Positions 19,811-29,444 of a stretch of DNA of 64,000 bases are shown here, piece after piece; positions within the stretch are counted from its first letter, which is position 1, and every line of letters begins with the position of its first letter. The position numbers and the translations under genes are program-made. The notes under the pieces were generated by a model. The model searched no databases. It was not told where the DNA came from and worked only from the letters and a program-made list of their open reading frames with translations. Source of the stretch: a virus; IMG/VR virus record IMGVR_UViG_3300037346_000623, positions 1 through 64,000 of that record; one strand, 5' to 3'.

Positions 19811-21535
19811 TTATGCTAAACCACCAGCAGGTACATTAACATAAAATGTCAAGTACATAGTTTCAGGTAAGAAACCAGCTTCTACTAAAGCGTATCTAGA
19901 TTTTACTGCTATTTTAGGTGACATAGTACCCTCAGAGATTGTCTGGATAGACTCCGCCATCATATAAGGCATGAATTTTAGTCCCGGTTCGTCATCACCA
20001 CCTTTTCTACCAATTAATACTCTCGTATCTGAATAGTTCATATTCTGATCAACATAAACAGTCATACCTGCAAGAGAACCTACTGGATATAATGTACCGT
20101 TGTTTTGAGTTAATGTGTTAGAGAAAGGTGCGAATGTGAACTGAGAGATGTCCTGAAGTGCACTTGCTACTGCAGCGTTAGTAACGATGAAGTTAGCAGG
20201 ACCTCTTCTACCTCTATTAGCTACTACGTTTGCAGCTGCAAGAATTCTAGAGAATAATCTTCTTTGAAGAGTTGATAAGTTCTCAAATCCACCTGATGCA
20301 GGACCATTAGGAATTGGCATAACAACACCAGCATTAGATTTATTTACATATGCAGCAGTATTACCAGCATTTGTACTGTTTATAACTAAATTCAAGTTTA
20401 AGTTCTGTTGTTCAACATTGTTAAATTGAACGTGGTTAGACCAACCTAAAGCAAATGCTCTTGATAAGATGTGCTTGTTAATAGCTTGAGAAACCTCATT
20501 AACCAATGCGTTCTCGATCATTGATATAACGTCGATACCGAATTGTTTGTTAAGATCTTGGATTTGCTCTGTTGTAACAGAAGCAGCTACTTGGAATGTC
20601 TCAGCTTCAACGAATTTAGTGAAAGTCGAAAGACCCATTGAGTTGAAGTAAGTAGACTCACCAACTCCTCTTAACATAGGATCGTAAGTTTTAGTACCAT
20701 CAACATAAGGACCTTGCCAGTCACTAGTGTTATTAAAACCAGCACCAGAGAAACCTTGGATGTGATCTTCTAAGGCTTTAACTAATTGAGCAGCATAACC
20801 ATTTGGTGAATAAGTAGCACCAGTTGATAAAGCAGGACCAGCAATAGCAAAGTTAGTAAGTGCGGTTGGTGTACCATTAATAATTGTATTAATGTTTGTT
20901 CCAGCAGCAATACCTGTTACTTCAAATATTGGGAAACCGTCAATTCTAGAAAGACCTACAAATGTTAATTGTAATGTACCAATATTACCTGTAGCACCAA
21001 CTGTTGGGAATGAAGCTGCAGTAGCACCAGTAGCACCAGTAGCACCAGATCCAGTATAAACTGGGAATTTAATCATTGTTGGAGCAGTAGCTAACTGATC
21101 AGCAGCTGTAGTAGCAGCACCAGCACCTAATTTACCACCAGCATAAACATAATCTAAGTAAGATAAGATACCTGTAGGACCTGACATAGGAATAACTGGA
21201 ACGATATCAAAACCGATTGTTTTTGCAGCAACCTGAATTGCTAAAGGTAATAAAGATGGGAATTTATCTCCAGATCCTTGGTTACCTGTGTTATAGAAAC
21301 CTGCATTAGCATTACCACCTTGGAATGAAGCCATTCCTGGATAAGCTGGGGGAGCAACGCTACCCATACCATTAACAACACCTAAAGAGTTATAAGCTCC
21401 AGCAGATTCGTTTAATGAGTGATAGTGGCAATATTTAGTTAACCACCCTTTTTTTCCTTCATCTGTGATACCAGCTTTACTTTCAATAAGTGGTGACCAT
21501 GTATCGTAGATTTCTTGTTCGTTAATCAATTTCAT
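19811..21535 (-). CDS. gp23: Major capsid protein (T4 gp23-like)
   Basis: WSPLIE, VPVIPMSGPTG, TTEQIQDL, RGRRGPANFIV, FMPY, PKIAVKSRYALV. Confidence 0.95.
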   Translation of the reverse strand: MKLINEQEIYDTWSPLIESKAGITDEGKKGWLTKYCHYHSLNESAGAYNSLGVVNGMGSVAPPAYPGMASFQGGNANAGFYNTGNQGSGDKFPSLLPLAIQVAAKTIGFDIVPVIPMSGPTGILSYLDYVYAGGKLGAGAATTAADQLATAPTMIKFPVYTGSGATGATGATAASFPTVGATGNIGTLQLTFVGLSRIDGFPIFEVTGIAAGTNINTIINGTPTALTNFAIAGPALSTGATYSPNGYAAQLVKALEDHIQGFSGAGFNNTSDWQGPYVDGTKTYDPMLRGVGESTYFNSMGLSTFTKFVEAETFQVAASVTTEQIQDLNKQFGIDVISMIENALVNEVSQAINKHILSRAFALGWSNHVQFNNVEQQNLNLNLVINSTNAGNTAAYVNKSNAGVVMPIPNGPASGGFENLSTLQRRLFSRILAAANVVANRGRRGPANFIVTNAAVASALQDISQFTFAPFSNTLTQNNGTLYPVGSLAGMTVYVDQNMNYSDTRVLIGRKGGDDEPGLKFMPYMMAESIQTISEGTMSPKIAVKSRYALVEAGFLPETMYLTFYVNVPAGGLA

Positions 21536-21552
21536 GATTTATTTACTTTTTT

Positions 21553-23523
21553 TTATCTTGTTTGAAATTTTTTCTCTAATGCAGAAGCAATAGCATTCAT
21601 ATATTCGCTAGAATATCCTTGTGGTTGCTTTTGTGCATTAGGCATTGCGATATTTTCGCTCTCGTCTAATTTTTGAACTCCAACAGTAGCAGCTCCAAGT
21701 TGACGTGTTGACCAGAAGTTTTTTACCTGGTAAGGTGTATCTAATAAATAGAAGTTACTCTGAGCAATAATAGATTGCTTGTGTCCCTCGCTAAGTGATT
21801 CCCAAACTTGAGTGTATTCTTCAGGCATTGTGTCAATAAAATTAAGACCTGTTTTGTTTTTGTTCTCATTTTCATTAAGAACTTCATCTGCCTTTTGTGT
21901 GTTGGCTGTTTGCTTCATTGACGCAGAAGCTTCGTTTATATTTGATTCAGTTTTTTGTGTTTTAACTGATTCTATCAAACTGTCTATTCTTGTTGTAAGA
22001 TCTGTATAATCTCCAGCGAATCCTGATTCGTTTAATCCAGCTGAAGCTGAGAGATCCACATTTTCTCTTAATGAATCTGTAGCTTTGTATTTGGTTGTGT
22101 TAACTGTTTCAGCTATATATTCTGTATAAGAGATTGATTTTTTTAATTTTTCTGCTAGGTAATCAGAATAATCTAGACCTTTATTAGCATTTTCTGCTAA
22201 ATAATCTGAATATTGTATATTCTTATTAAGACCTTCAGCAATGTATTCTGAATACTCTATGCCATCATTTAATTTTTCTGCTAGATATTCAGAATAAGCT
22301 ATACCTTTATCTAAGTTCTCACCAAGATATTCAGAATAAGAAATTCCTTTATCTAAGTTTTCTGCTAGATATTCAGAATATTGGATATTCTGATCTAATT
22401 TCTCAGCAAGATATTTTGTATATTCTATTCCTTTGTCTGTTGATTCAGCAACATATTCGGTATAGGAAATTCCTTTATCCACATTTTCTGCTAAGTATTT
22501 AGAATAAGAAATATTTTTATCTAAATTTTCAGCAAGATATTTACTGTAGCTTATACTTTCGTCTAAGTTTTCAGCTAAATATTCACCATATTTAATAGCA
22601 TTATCTAAATTCTCAGCTAAATATTCTGAGTATTTTTCTAGTTTAGCAACTCTTTCTTCAAGGCTTGAATTTTTATCTTCAAAGCTAGATTCTGTTAATA
22701 CTTGCTTTTGTTCTTTAATTTCTGCAATTTTAGAATTCATAGATTCCATTTCTTTTTTCAAGAAAACAGAATATTGATTTAATTCTTCTGCAGTCACAAA
22801 TTCATTATTCTCCATGAGGATCGTCTTATTTTTATCTGATTTTGATACGAGGTTGTTAAATTCTTCGTTATTTTCAACTTTATATATCTTCACTGCTGAA
22901 TCATCTTTTAGACCTAACGATTCATTTACACAGAGAAGATCGTTGGTAACACTTTTATTTCTCATTTCGAAGAAATCAGCAAAATGATAACCAGCGCTTT
23001 CATATACTCTTTCTAATTGTGCATCCTGAAAACCAGGATCTGCAACTAGATCGTAAGTGAATATTTTTTTTATTTGAACTTTCTTATCACTGCCAACAGA
23101 ACCAGCAGCTCTTGAAGAAATTGAAAGAGGAACACCTGCATCAACAAGATTTTTAGCTATCTGCCCCATTGGTGTATCCAAAAGTCTAACTTTGATCTTA
23201 ATTTCTCTTCCGCCTTTATCATAATCAAGCTTTTCTATTATATGGGAAATATTCTTAAGCGAAACATCAAACTTTTCAGGGTGATCTAATTCGCCAACTA
23301 ATCTTCTCTGAGCTATTTTCTCATTAAGATAGTTTAAGTGTGGAAGGTATTCGGCTTCTTCGTAAATTCTATTGTTGTTGTTCTCTTTACCGAAAACAGC
23401 AGCAGTACCTTCTAAGACATAATCATTGTTATCAGTCTTTGATGATTCAAGAACCGATGATTGTCTCTCGAGGATGAAGACCAATTCTTCGTTTAAATTT
23501 TTGGTTGTTGGCATTTTATACAT
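21553..23523 (-). CDS. gp21: Prohead protease (gp21-like) fused to a repeat-rich scaffold-like domain
   Basis: N-terminal NNNNRIY, GELDHP, LLDTPMG, ISSRAAGSV, YDLVADPGF. The C-terminal part has 14-aa repeats. Confidence 0.9.
   Translation of the reverse strand: MYKMPTTKNLNEELVFILERQSSVLESSKTDNNDYVLEGTAAVFGKENNNNRIYEEAEYLPHLNYLNEKIAQRRLVGELDHPEKFDVSLKNISHIIEKLDYDKGGREIKIKVRLLDTPMGQIAKNLVDAGVPLSISSRAAGSVGSDKKVQIKKIFTYDLVADPGFQDAQLERVYESAGYHFADFFEMRNKSVTNDLLCVNESLGLKDDSAVKIYKVENNEEFNNLVSKSDKNKTILMENNEFVTAEELNQYSVFLKKEMESMNSKIAEIKEQKQVLTESSFEDKNSSLEERVAKLEKYSEYLAENLDNAIKYGEYLAENLDESISYSKYLAENLDKNISYSKYLAENVDKGISYTEYVAESTDKGIEYTKYLAEKLDQNIQYSEYLAENLDKGISYSEYLGENLDKGIAYSEYLAEKLNDGIEYSEYIAEGLNKNIQYSDYLAENANKGLDYSDYLAEKLKKSISYTEYIAETVNTTKYKATDSLRENVDLSASAGLNESGFAGDYTDLTTRIDSLIESVKTQKTESNINEASASMKQTANTQKADEVLNENENKNKTGLNFIDTMPEEYTQVWESLSEGHKQSIIAQSNFYLLDTPYQVKNFWSTRQLGAATVGVQKLDESENIAMPNAQKQPQGYSSEYMNAIASALEKKFQTR
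22100..22632 (-). repeat. 13 tandem 42-bp (14-aa) repeats YSEYLAENLDKGIS
   Basis: Counted in the translation. First and last units are 504 bp (12x42) apart. Confidence 0.95.
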
Positions 23524-23537
23524 ATTTTTATGTTACT

Positions 23538-23545
23538 TATATATC
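23538..23545 (-). promoter_or_regulatory. Putative late promoter GATATATA for the protease-capsid operon
   Basis: Motif upstream of the gp21-like gene. Confidence 0.65.
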
Positions 23546-23582
23546 GATTGATATATTGATATTTTTTCGATTTATTGGTGAA

Positions 23583-26360
23583 TTATTGAAATTTTATTCT
23601 ATCTTCCACTTCTTTAGCGAATTTTTTAGCGATTTGGAATGCTTCACCATCACGAACTTCATAGGTTTTTGCTGTATTAAACATAGGTGCATACCTATTT
23701 TTAAGTTTAACCTTTATAACTTCACCTTGTCCATTCATGAATGTTTTAGCAAGTGTTACTGCTTTCCATGTAGGTATTCCAAGAACTTCCTTTTCTTTAT
23801 CAGTAAGGAATTCATCAACTATGTTTATACCACCCTTAAAGTTTTTATCTCTTATAACCGTAGCATTTTTTCTGTTTTTAATACTGATATCATCAGGATC
23901 CGCAGTAATGAAATAATCATCCTTGTTCGGTGTATTTTCATCGTCACTATCATCTACATCAGAATTCACATTATCATCATTCTTATTATCTTCAGGCTTT
24001 GTTTTTCTTACGATCTTACCACTATTATCTTCCTTCTTAACCTCCTCCTTGAATTCATAGACACCTCTTCTAGGATCTATAAGAGTCTCGTTCGTACTTA
24101 CTCCAACCTCTATACTGGATCCTAAATTAGCATCATAATCATCCGGATCTATAATAAAATATTTATAAGCTGCAGGAGTATATTGTCTATCCTCTGGATT
24201 TGCATACTCCATATCGGTTACAGAATAAACTGCAACTTTGGCTGGCCCTGATGCCTCCTCATTAGTTAAACTCAATGTATCTTCTGATTTATCGGATTTA
24301 ACATTGGCTTCTGTTCCTTCCTCTTTCTCATCCTCGTTTAATGTTGAATAATCAGGATATTTACCAGTAATGTCTATATACTCAAGAACATCCTCAAATT
24401 CAGCAAATTTATGTATAACCGTTCCATTTTTAGAAGATTCTTTTATCATTGGTGTTAACCAAAGTTCTCTATTATTTTCCGAATCGTTCACACCAGTTCC
24501 ACTAGGTTGTTTCTTATTTTTCTTCTCTTCTGACTTATCTTTTATATTTTTATTTTCTCCTCCTTTTTCTTTCTTTTCTGGTTTTAAGTTGTTTATCTTA
24601 TTGTTTCCACTTGCAAACATCTCCGCTATATCATCACTAGATTTTGATCCAAGTTCTTCGTCGGTAAGAAGTTTACCTGAAACATTCACATAATCTTTCT
24701 GCGTGGTTCGATAATAATATTCATATGTTTCTGGTGCATTGTTATCGGATATTATATACTGATCGAGAGCTTCGTTATAGTATTCAAGCAAAACTGACCA
24801 GTCACATATACCCATGAAATTAAAGCTAGTAGCTATATCTTCTGGCTGATCAACATAAGCTACCTTAACATCCATATCCTCATTATCTAGAACCCTTCTT
24901 AATCCAGAAAGCCCACTCTGAGCATTTATTGGTCCATTCTTTATAGAGATCAATGTAACAGCATGATCAGAAAGACCCTTCTGATATTCCTTGGAGTTTA
25001 TAGAAGTTAATATAAATATCGAATCACCGCTATTACCCTTACCTACCTTAAATAACTCAGCAGTTGTTCTTGTATCATTACTATAGAGGAAGCTTGCAGC
25101 TATACCTAGACCTGTACCAGCGGGTTGTTTCCAGCATATTGTTATTGAAGTACCATCCTTTATCTTTCCCGGATCGAATTCCTTTCCTCCTTTGCCAGAT
25201 GAGATTGTATCCTCTATCTCATCCCATTTAGGTGCCTGGTTATCGCTAAACCAATTCCATGTTGATCCTATAGCATCAATAGCTAATAGTGCTTGTCCTA
25301 CAAAAGGAACTAATCTAGCACCACCCTGGGAGACACCTCTACTTAATCCAGTTCTGAATGCAGTTACTATCTTAGGTAGAGAAGATTTACCCAAAATAGC
25401 AGCTTTACCTGCTCCCTTTACACCTCTGATTATAGATTTACCAACAACTACTGTATCTTTAAATTTAAGAACGTCTACTAAGCCACTTCCTAGGACTTTT
25501 ACTTTTTTAATCCCGCCAGATGCAACGTTCTTAAGAAACTGTCCGGATTTTGCAAGGAGACCTGTAGCTTTAGCACCTCCAGTCGCAACGGTAGCTGCTG
25601 GTGCAAGACCTCTTATTGATTTTAAAGCTATTCCTGCAGCAACACCATATCCAACACTTCTTAATACCGCCCACGTTACACCTATACCAGCTCCAATAGC
25701 TGCATATTCACCTGCGGTTTTTAGTATGCCTTCAACTAATTCTTTCATTGTAGTATCAGGGTCAACTGGTCCTCCAGGGAGTGATTCCTTAATTGAAATA
25801 ACTTTAACCTTAGAATCATCAGATCCAGGAAGAGCAACCAGCTTAAATGCTTTGAGCGTCTCGTCAACATTTATTTTTGTTTCAGAATCCTCCATACTAA
25901 CAAATACAGCTTTTTCTTCACCAGTAGGTAAATCTACATCCACTGAATTTATATTCTTTAGTTTACCGTCAGCTTTAAGCTTATTGTAAGCATAATGAAA
26001 TTTTATACCGATTTTAGCTTCAGCTGATATTGTCTCGTCTGCTTCATTTAAACTATCATACTCATCAAAAGATAAAACATCGGATTCACTCAAATTGTTA
26101 CCAAATCTATAGGATTCTACATTTTCCTTTATGATATCAGTCAAGCTGTTTCCGTATCTACTAGTTTCTTCAGAATCAGCAACCCATTGTCTTTTATTAG
26201 CATTCATCCATTTTTTAAACTCCGAAGATTCTGCCCACCATTGAAAATCATCAAATGTTTTTTCCTCCGGATTTAATTCAGAAATATCAGTGGGTATGCT
26301 TATCATAGGGAAATCATCCCCAATATTATATTTCCCATTTTTGGGTAAAAATATATTCAT
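23583..26360 (-). CDS. Large hypothetical protein, putative head/ejected protein with a Gly/Ala-rich hydrophobic segment
   Basis: 925 aa. Internal VLSFDEYDSLNE and IHKFAEFE motifs. Hydrophobic AAIGAGIGVTWAVL and LVPFVGQALLAIDAIG. Confidence 0.6.
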   Translation of the reverse strand: MNIFLPKNGKYNIGDDFPMISIPTDISELNPEEKTFDDFQWWAESSEFKKWMNANKRQWVADSEETSRYGNSLTDIIKENVESYRFGNNLSESDVLSFDEYDSLNEADETISAEAKIGIKFHYAYNKLKADGKLKNINSVDVDLPTGEEKAVFVSMEDSETKINVDETLKAFKLVALPGSDDSKVKVISIKESLPGGPVDPDTTMKELVEGILKTAGEYAAIGAGIGVTWAVLRSVGYGVAAGIALKSIRGLAPAATVATGGAKATGLLAKSGQFLKNVASGGIKKVKVLGSGLVDVLKFKDTVVVGKSIIRGVKGAGKAAILGKSSLPKIVTAFRTGLSRGVSQGGARLVPFVGQALLAIDAIGSTWNWFSDNQAPKWDEIEDTISSGKGGKEFDPGKIKDGTSITICWKQPAGTGLGIAASFLYSNDTRTTAELFKVGKGNSGDSIFILTSINSKEYQKGLSDHAVTLISIKNGPINAQSGLSGLRRVLDNEDMDVKVAYVDQPEDIATSFNFMGICDWSVLLEYYNEALDQYIISDNNAPETYEYYYRTTQKDYVNVSGKLLTDEELGSKSSDDIAEMFASGNNKINNLKPEKKEKGGENKNIKDKSEEKKNKKQPSGTGVNDSENNRELWLTPMIKESSKNGTVIHKFAEFEDVLEYIDITGKYPDYSTLNEDEKEEGTEANVKSDKSEDTLSLTNEEASGPAKVAVYSVTDMEYANPEDRQYTPAAYKYFIIDPDDYDANLGSSIEVGVSTNETLIDPRRGVYEFKEEVKKEDNSGKIVRKTKPEDNKNDDNVNSDVDDSDDENTPNKDDYFITADPDDISIKNRKNATVIRDKNFKGGINIVDEFLTDKEKEVLGIPTWKAVTLAKTFMNGQGEVIKVKLKNRYAPMFNTAKTYEVRDGEAFQIAKKFAKEVEDRIKFQ

Positions 26361-26382
26361 AATATAAATTATTTTTTTTCAA

Positions 26383-27198
26383 TTATTTTTCTGTGTAAAT
26401 TTTATCGTATGATTTAGATATAGTATCTATCAATTTCTCTATATATCCATCATCTCTTAGTTTTTTGAACACAAGATTCCCTATAGACATCTCACCATCT
26501 TTGGAAAGACTTTCCTTCCTCATTTTTTGTATCTTATCCTTAAGTTTAAGGCATCTTTTATATAATGACTTTGCATTACTTGGTAGATCTGATTGATTCC
26601 TTAATTTGGCATTTAATGATTCGATCTCAGATGCCATTGAATCATATTTCTTAGAGACGTCACTTTCATCTATAGATGGAGGATTAAAAACAGGTTTTCT
26701 CACCCATTCATTATTCAATAAAGAGAAAAGACCCGTTGAATCATGGGGTTCATTTTCACTCTGTAAATATAACTCTGTATCATATCCTCTAATAGAAATA
26801 TTATGTCTAAGATTCCATATGAATCTTATTCCATCTATAGCGGCTTTAAGTATTTTTGGATTCTCGTCATCTATACCATCAAGATTCACAAGAACATGTA
26901 CGTCAAGATCCGAGAAATTGGTATAATTGTAATTTGATAAGGATCCGGTTAATTGGATATCCTTTATTACTCTTCCCTTTAGAAGTTCAGGGAATTTTCC
27001 ATAGAAGTCATTAGCGATTCTTAAAAGTTTCCTTCTAATACGCTGATCAAATATCCATTCAGTGTTTCCAGCATCATCCTTTTTCTTTTTCCAAAAAATA
27101 GGATTTAGTTCATCATGATAAAATGCACCAATCTCTTTCTCAGAGAGTGCTACATCATCATTATGCACAAATAAATTAAAATTAAATATCTTATTCAC
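26383..27198 (-). CDS. Pol-beta superfamily nucleotidyltransferase
   Basis: LTGSLSNYNY...SDLDVHV (GS..DxD) and a third acidic strand YDTELY. GTG start with IFNFNLF..LSE leader. Confidence 0.8.
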   Translation of the reverse strand: MNKIFNFNLFVHNDDVALSEKEIGAFYHDELNPIFWKKKKDDAGNTEWIFDQRIRRKLLRIANDFYGKFPELLKGRVIKDIQLTGSLSNYNYTNFSDLDVHVLVNLDGIDDENPKILKAAIDGIRFIWNLRHNISIRGYDTELYLQSENEPHDSTGLFSLLNNEWVRKPVFNPPSIDESDVSKKYDSMASEIESLNAKLRNQSDLPSNAKSLYKRCLKLKDKIQKMRKESLSKDGEMSIGNLVFKKLRDDGYIEKLIDTISKSYDKIYTEK

Positions 27199-27235
27199 AA
27201 AAAAAGCTTTCCTCTATATATCAAAGGAAAGCTTT
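27199..27235 (-). promoter_or_regulatory. Terminator-like hairpin with a late promoter (27215-27222) in its loop, abutting the GTG start
   Basis: Minus strand AAAGCTTTCCT-TTGATATATAG-AGGAAAGCTTT-TTTT-GTG. Confidence 0.7.
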
Positions 27236-27253
27236 AAAGTATTTACTAATATT

Positions 27254-27952
27254 CTAGAAGCAAACTTTCTCAAGAACATTCATAACAGTTCTTACGTCTA
27301 TTTCACAATAATCTTTTATTTCCTCATATGCCTGGATATCCCAAAAGTATTTATTAACTTTAGATCCGTCCATATTTTCTTTAGGTGATTTGACATCTAA
27401 AGAACAAGCAAGAAGATCAAGGCTGAGGTATTTTTGCTGAGACCAACTACCAAAGGCAAAAATATCAGATGTATCAATATAAGGTATTTCCCATGGTTTT
27501 TTATCCCACACCTGTAGATTCACCGAAGGGTTTATAGCATTATAAACCATTCTTTTACCTAAACATGGTACATCAAAACCTTTTATGTTATGTCCACATA
27601 GTTTTAGATTTTTTGCCATCGCATTATTGAAAACTTTGTTGCTTTTTTCCAGAATATCAACCTCATCAGTTCCGTAAAAAGATTTAAAAACTTTCTCTCC
27701 GTCACTGAAAGTACCAAATGACACACAAACGACCCTAGAAAATTCAGGTTCTAATGATGCCTTAGCTAGATAAACGTCATCGTCACTCCAATGTGATATT
27801 TCAGGATTAGCACCCCTGTAATAGATAGCTCTTTTTTTCCATAACTCAGCAAGCCTTGGATTTTTTCTTTGTAGTGTAAGAAGATTCTTCTCTGAACAAA
27901 CAGTTTCAACATCGAAGTAAAGAAAATTCTCTATTGTTTCTAATTTAAACAT
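27254..27952 (-). CDS. DEDD 3'-5' exonuclease (PolB-exo-related)
   Basis: FDVET, GHNIKGFDVP, YCEIDV. Confidence 0.85.
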   Translation of the reverse strand: MFKLETIENFLYFDVETVCSEKNLLTLQRKNPRLAELWKKRAIYYRGANPEISHWSDDDVYLAKASLEPEFSRVVCVSFGTFSDGEKVFKSFYGTDEVDILEKSNKVFNNAMAKNLKLCGHNIKGFDVPCLGKRMVYNAINPSVNLQVWDKKPWEIPYIDTSDIFAFGSWSQQKYLSLDLLACSLDVKSPKENMDGSKVNKYFWDIQAYEEIKDYCEIDVRTVMNVLEKVCF

Positions 27953-27966
27953 AATTATATTTTATG

Positions 27967-27974
27967 CAAATATA
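27967..27974 (-). promoter_or_regulatory. Bacteroidota-type -7 promoter element TATATTTG
   Basis: Matches TAnnTTTG, upstream of the exonuclease. Confidence 0.6.
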
Positions 27975-27998
27975 ATAAAAAAATTCGAATAAATAAAA

Positions 27999-28904
27999 TT
28001 ATTTCTTCGAAATTTTATTTATTACAGTCGGAGGAAGACCTCTATGTGATTTTAAATATTCAAGATAACAAAGTTCTCTATCCGGTGAATCTATTATAAC
28101 ATCAATGTCGAGTCCAAAAGTTGGGATTCTCATTGTTAATACACCAGTACAATTAGGTGAAAGAGCTTTACCGTTATTATCAGCGTCGGCTGCTTCTGAA
28201 TGGAAGAAAAAAGGTTTTGTACTTACTCTCCATGTTGAGGCTGCAAGAAACATAGCCTCCCTTATGGATAATCCGCCGTCGTTAAACTGATGTGGTAATA
28301 TTCTAAAACATAACGGTATTCCGGTTTCGTAATAAACACCAGATAATAGATCAGTTATCGAAAAAAGACTGGGCTTCTCGTCATTCATGACTGTTAATCT
28401 TTGCACTGTCGACTTTTTAAGTTTAGCCACCATTAAACAAAATTCCTTCATTGTTTTCTTTCTGTTTCCGTAAGCTGATCCTATTCTTATAACCATCGAA
28501 GGTCCATTCATACCAATTACACCAAGAACATCGGAGAGCTTATTAAGTAGCTTTATAGTTTTTATTCTAATATCCTCAAGTTGGCTACCAAGAAAATAAT
28601 CCTTACCTATAAAGATGATAACTCTCATCGAGTTTTTATTTATCAATGAATTTATATTATTGATTTTTTCGGAGAGAAGCGGATTCTCCTCCTCTATAAA
28701 ACCAGGCTCAAGGAAATCTGGGGTTATATCTAGCTCGCCAAGATTTAAGCAAACTATATTGGATGATATTTTAGAATTTATTATACATAAAGCCAAAATA
28801 AGATCGAGGATATCCTCATATGAGCATATCCTCTTATCTATTGTTATTGATTTCTTGGGAATACCAAGATACGATATATTTGTTTGATTGTGTCCGGATA
28901 TCAT
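27999..28904 (-). CDS. UV damage endonuclease (UvsE/UVDE)-like protein, divergent active site
   Basis: RLTVMNDEKPSLFS, A...A..TW...P.F.HSE layout. Several metal-ligand positions appear substituted. Confidence 0.7.
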   Translation of the reverse strand: MISGHNQTNISYLGIPKKSITIDKRICSYEDILDLILALCIINSKISSNIVCLNLGELDITPDFLEPGFIEEENPLLSEKINNINSLINKNSMRVIIFIGKDYFLGSQLEDIRIKTIKLLNKLSDVLGVIGMNGPSMVIRIGSAYGNRKKTMKEFCLMVAKLKKSTVQRLTVMNDEKPSLFSITDLLSGVYYETGIPLCFRILPHQFNDGGLSIREAMFLAASTWRVSTKPFFFHSEAADADNNGKALSPNCTGVLTMRIPTFGLDIDVIIDSPDRELCYLEYLKSHRGLPPTVINKISKK

Positions 28905-28920
28905 CTATAGAGTTTCTTAT

Positions 28921-28948
28921 TTGTACTATAAATGATTGAATTGGTTTC
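28921..28948 (-). promoter_or_regulatory. Putative middle promoter GAAAC-N18-TACAA
   Basis: Recurrent motif. Confidence 0.55.
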
Positions 28949-28950
28949 TC

Positions 28951-29430
28951 CTAATTGTTTGTTTCCTGTCCTAATTCACTAGCACTATAGACAGTTTTTG
29001 AATTATACATAGACCCAGGTAGCTCACTTGCTTTGCTTTTCGATATGGTTTCCATATTCCCATGATTACCACCCTCTGCAAATTTTATACAATCTGATTT
29101 TATTTCTATTATCTTTTTGTTTTTCCTACCTTTAATATAGGATTGTATAAAATATCTATACTGTTTATTATCTGGATTTCTAAAGCATCTAACTATAACA
29201 CCTATAACCTTTTTCTTAGAATCGATAGGTTGAGACTCTACAACATCTCCTATTTGAAATTCAGAACCCTTTACTGTTCTATCGATGTTTGGATCCGGAC
29301 CAACTGATACTGAGAGATCATCGAATGGTTTATAGTTAACCTTCATAACACCATTACCACTTCCAAGACCATAGGTATCGCCAAATATTCCGCCATCAAG
29401 ATATTCGTTTATGTTCTTAATATATTTCAT
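28951..29430 (-). CDS. Hypothetical protein with CTS-like start and SH3/KOW-like segment
   Basis: MKYIKNINEY, FQIGDVV...GVIV. Confidence 0.65.
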   Translation of the reverse strand: MKYIKNINEYLDGGIFGDTYGLGSGNGVMKVNYKPFDDLSVSVGPDPNIDRTVKGSEFQIGDVVESQPIDSKKKVIGVIVRCFRNPDNKQYRYFIQSYIKGRKNKKIIEIKSDCIKFAEGGNHGNMETISKSKASELPGSMYNSKTVYSASELGQETNN

Positions 29431-29444
29431 TTAGAATCATTATT

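Noticed and set aside
22100-22632. 42-bp repeats as CRISPR or DGR repeats
   Set aside because: They are contiguous coding repeats. No adenine-specific variation pattern or reverse transcriptase was seen.
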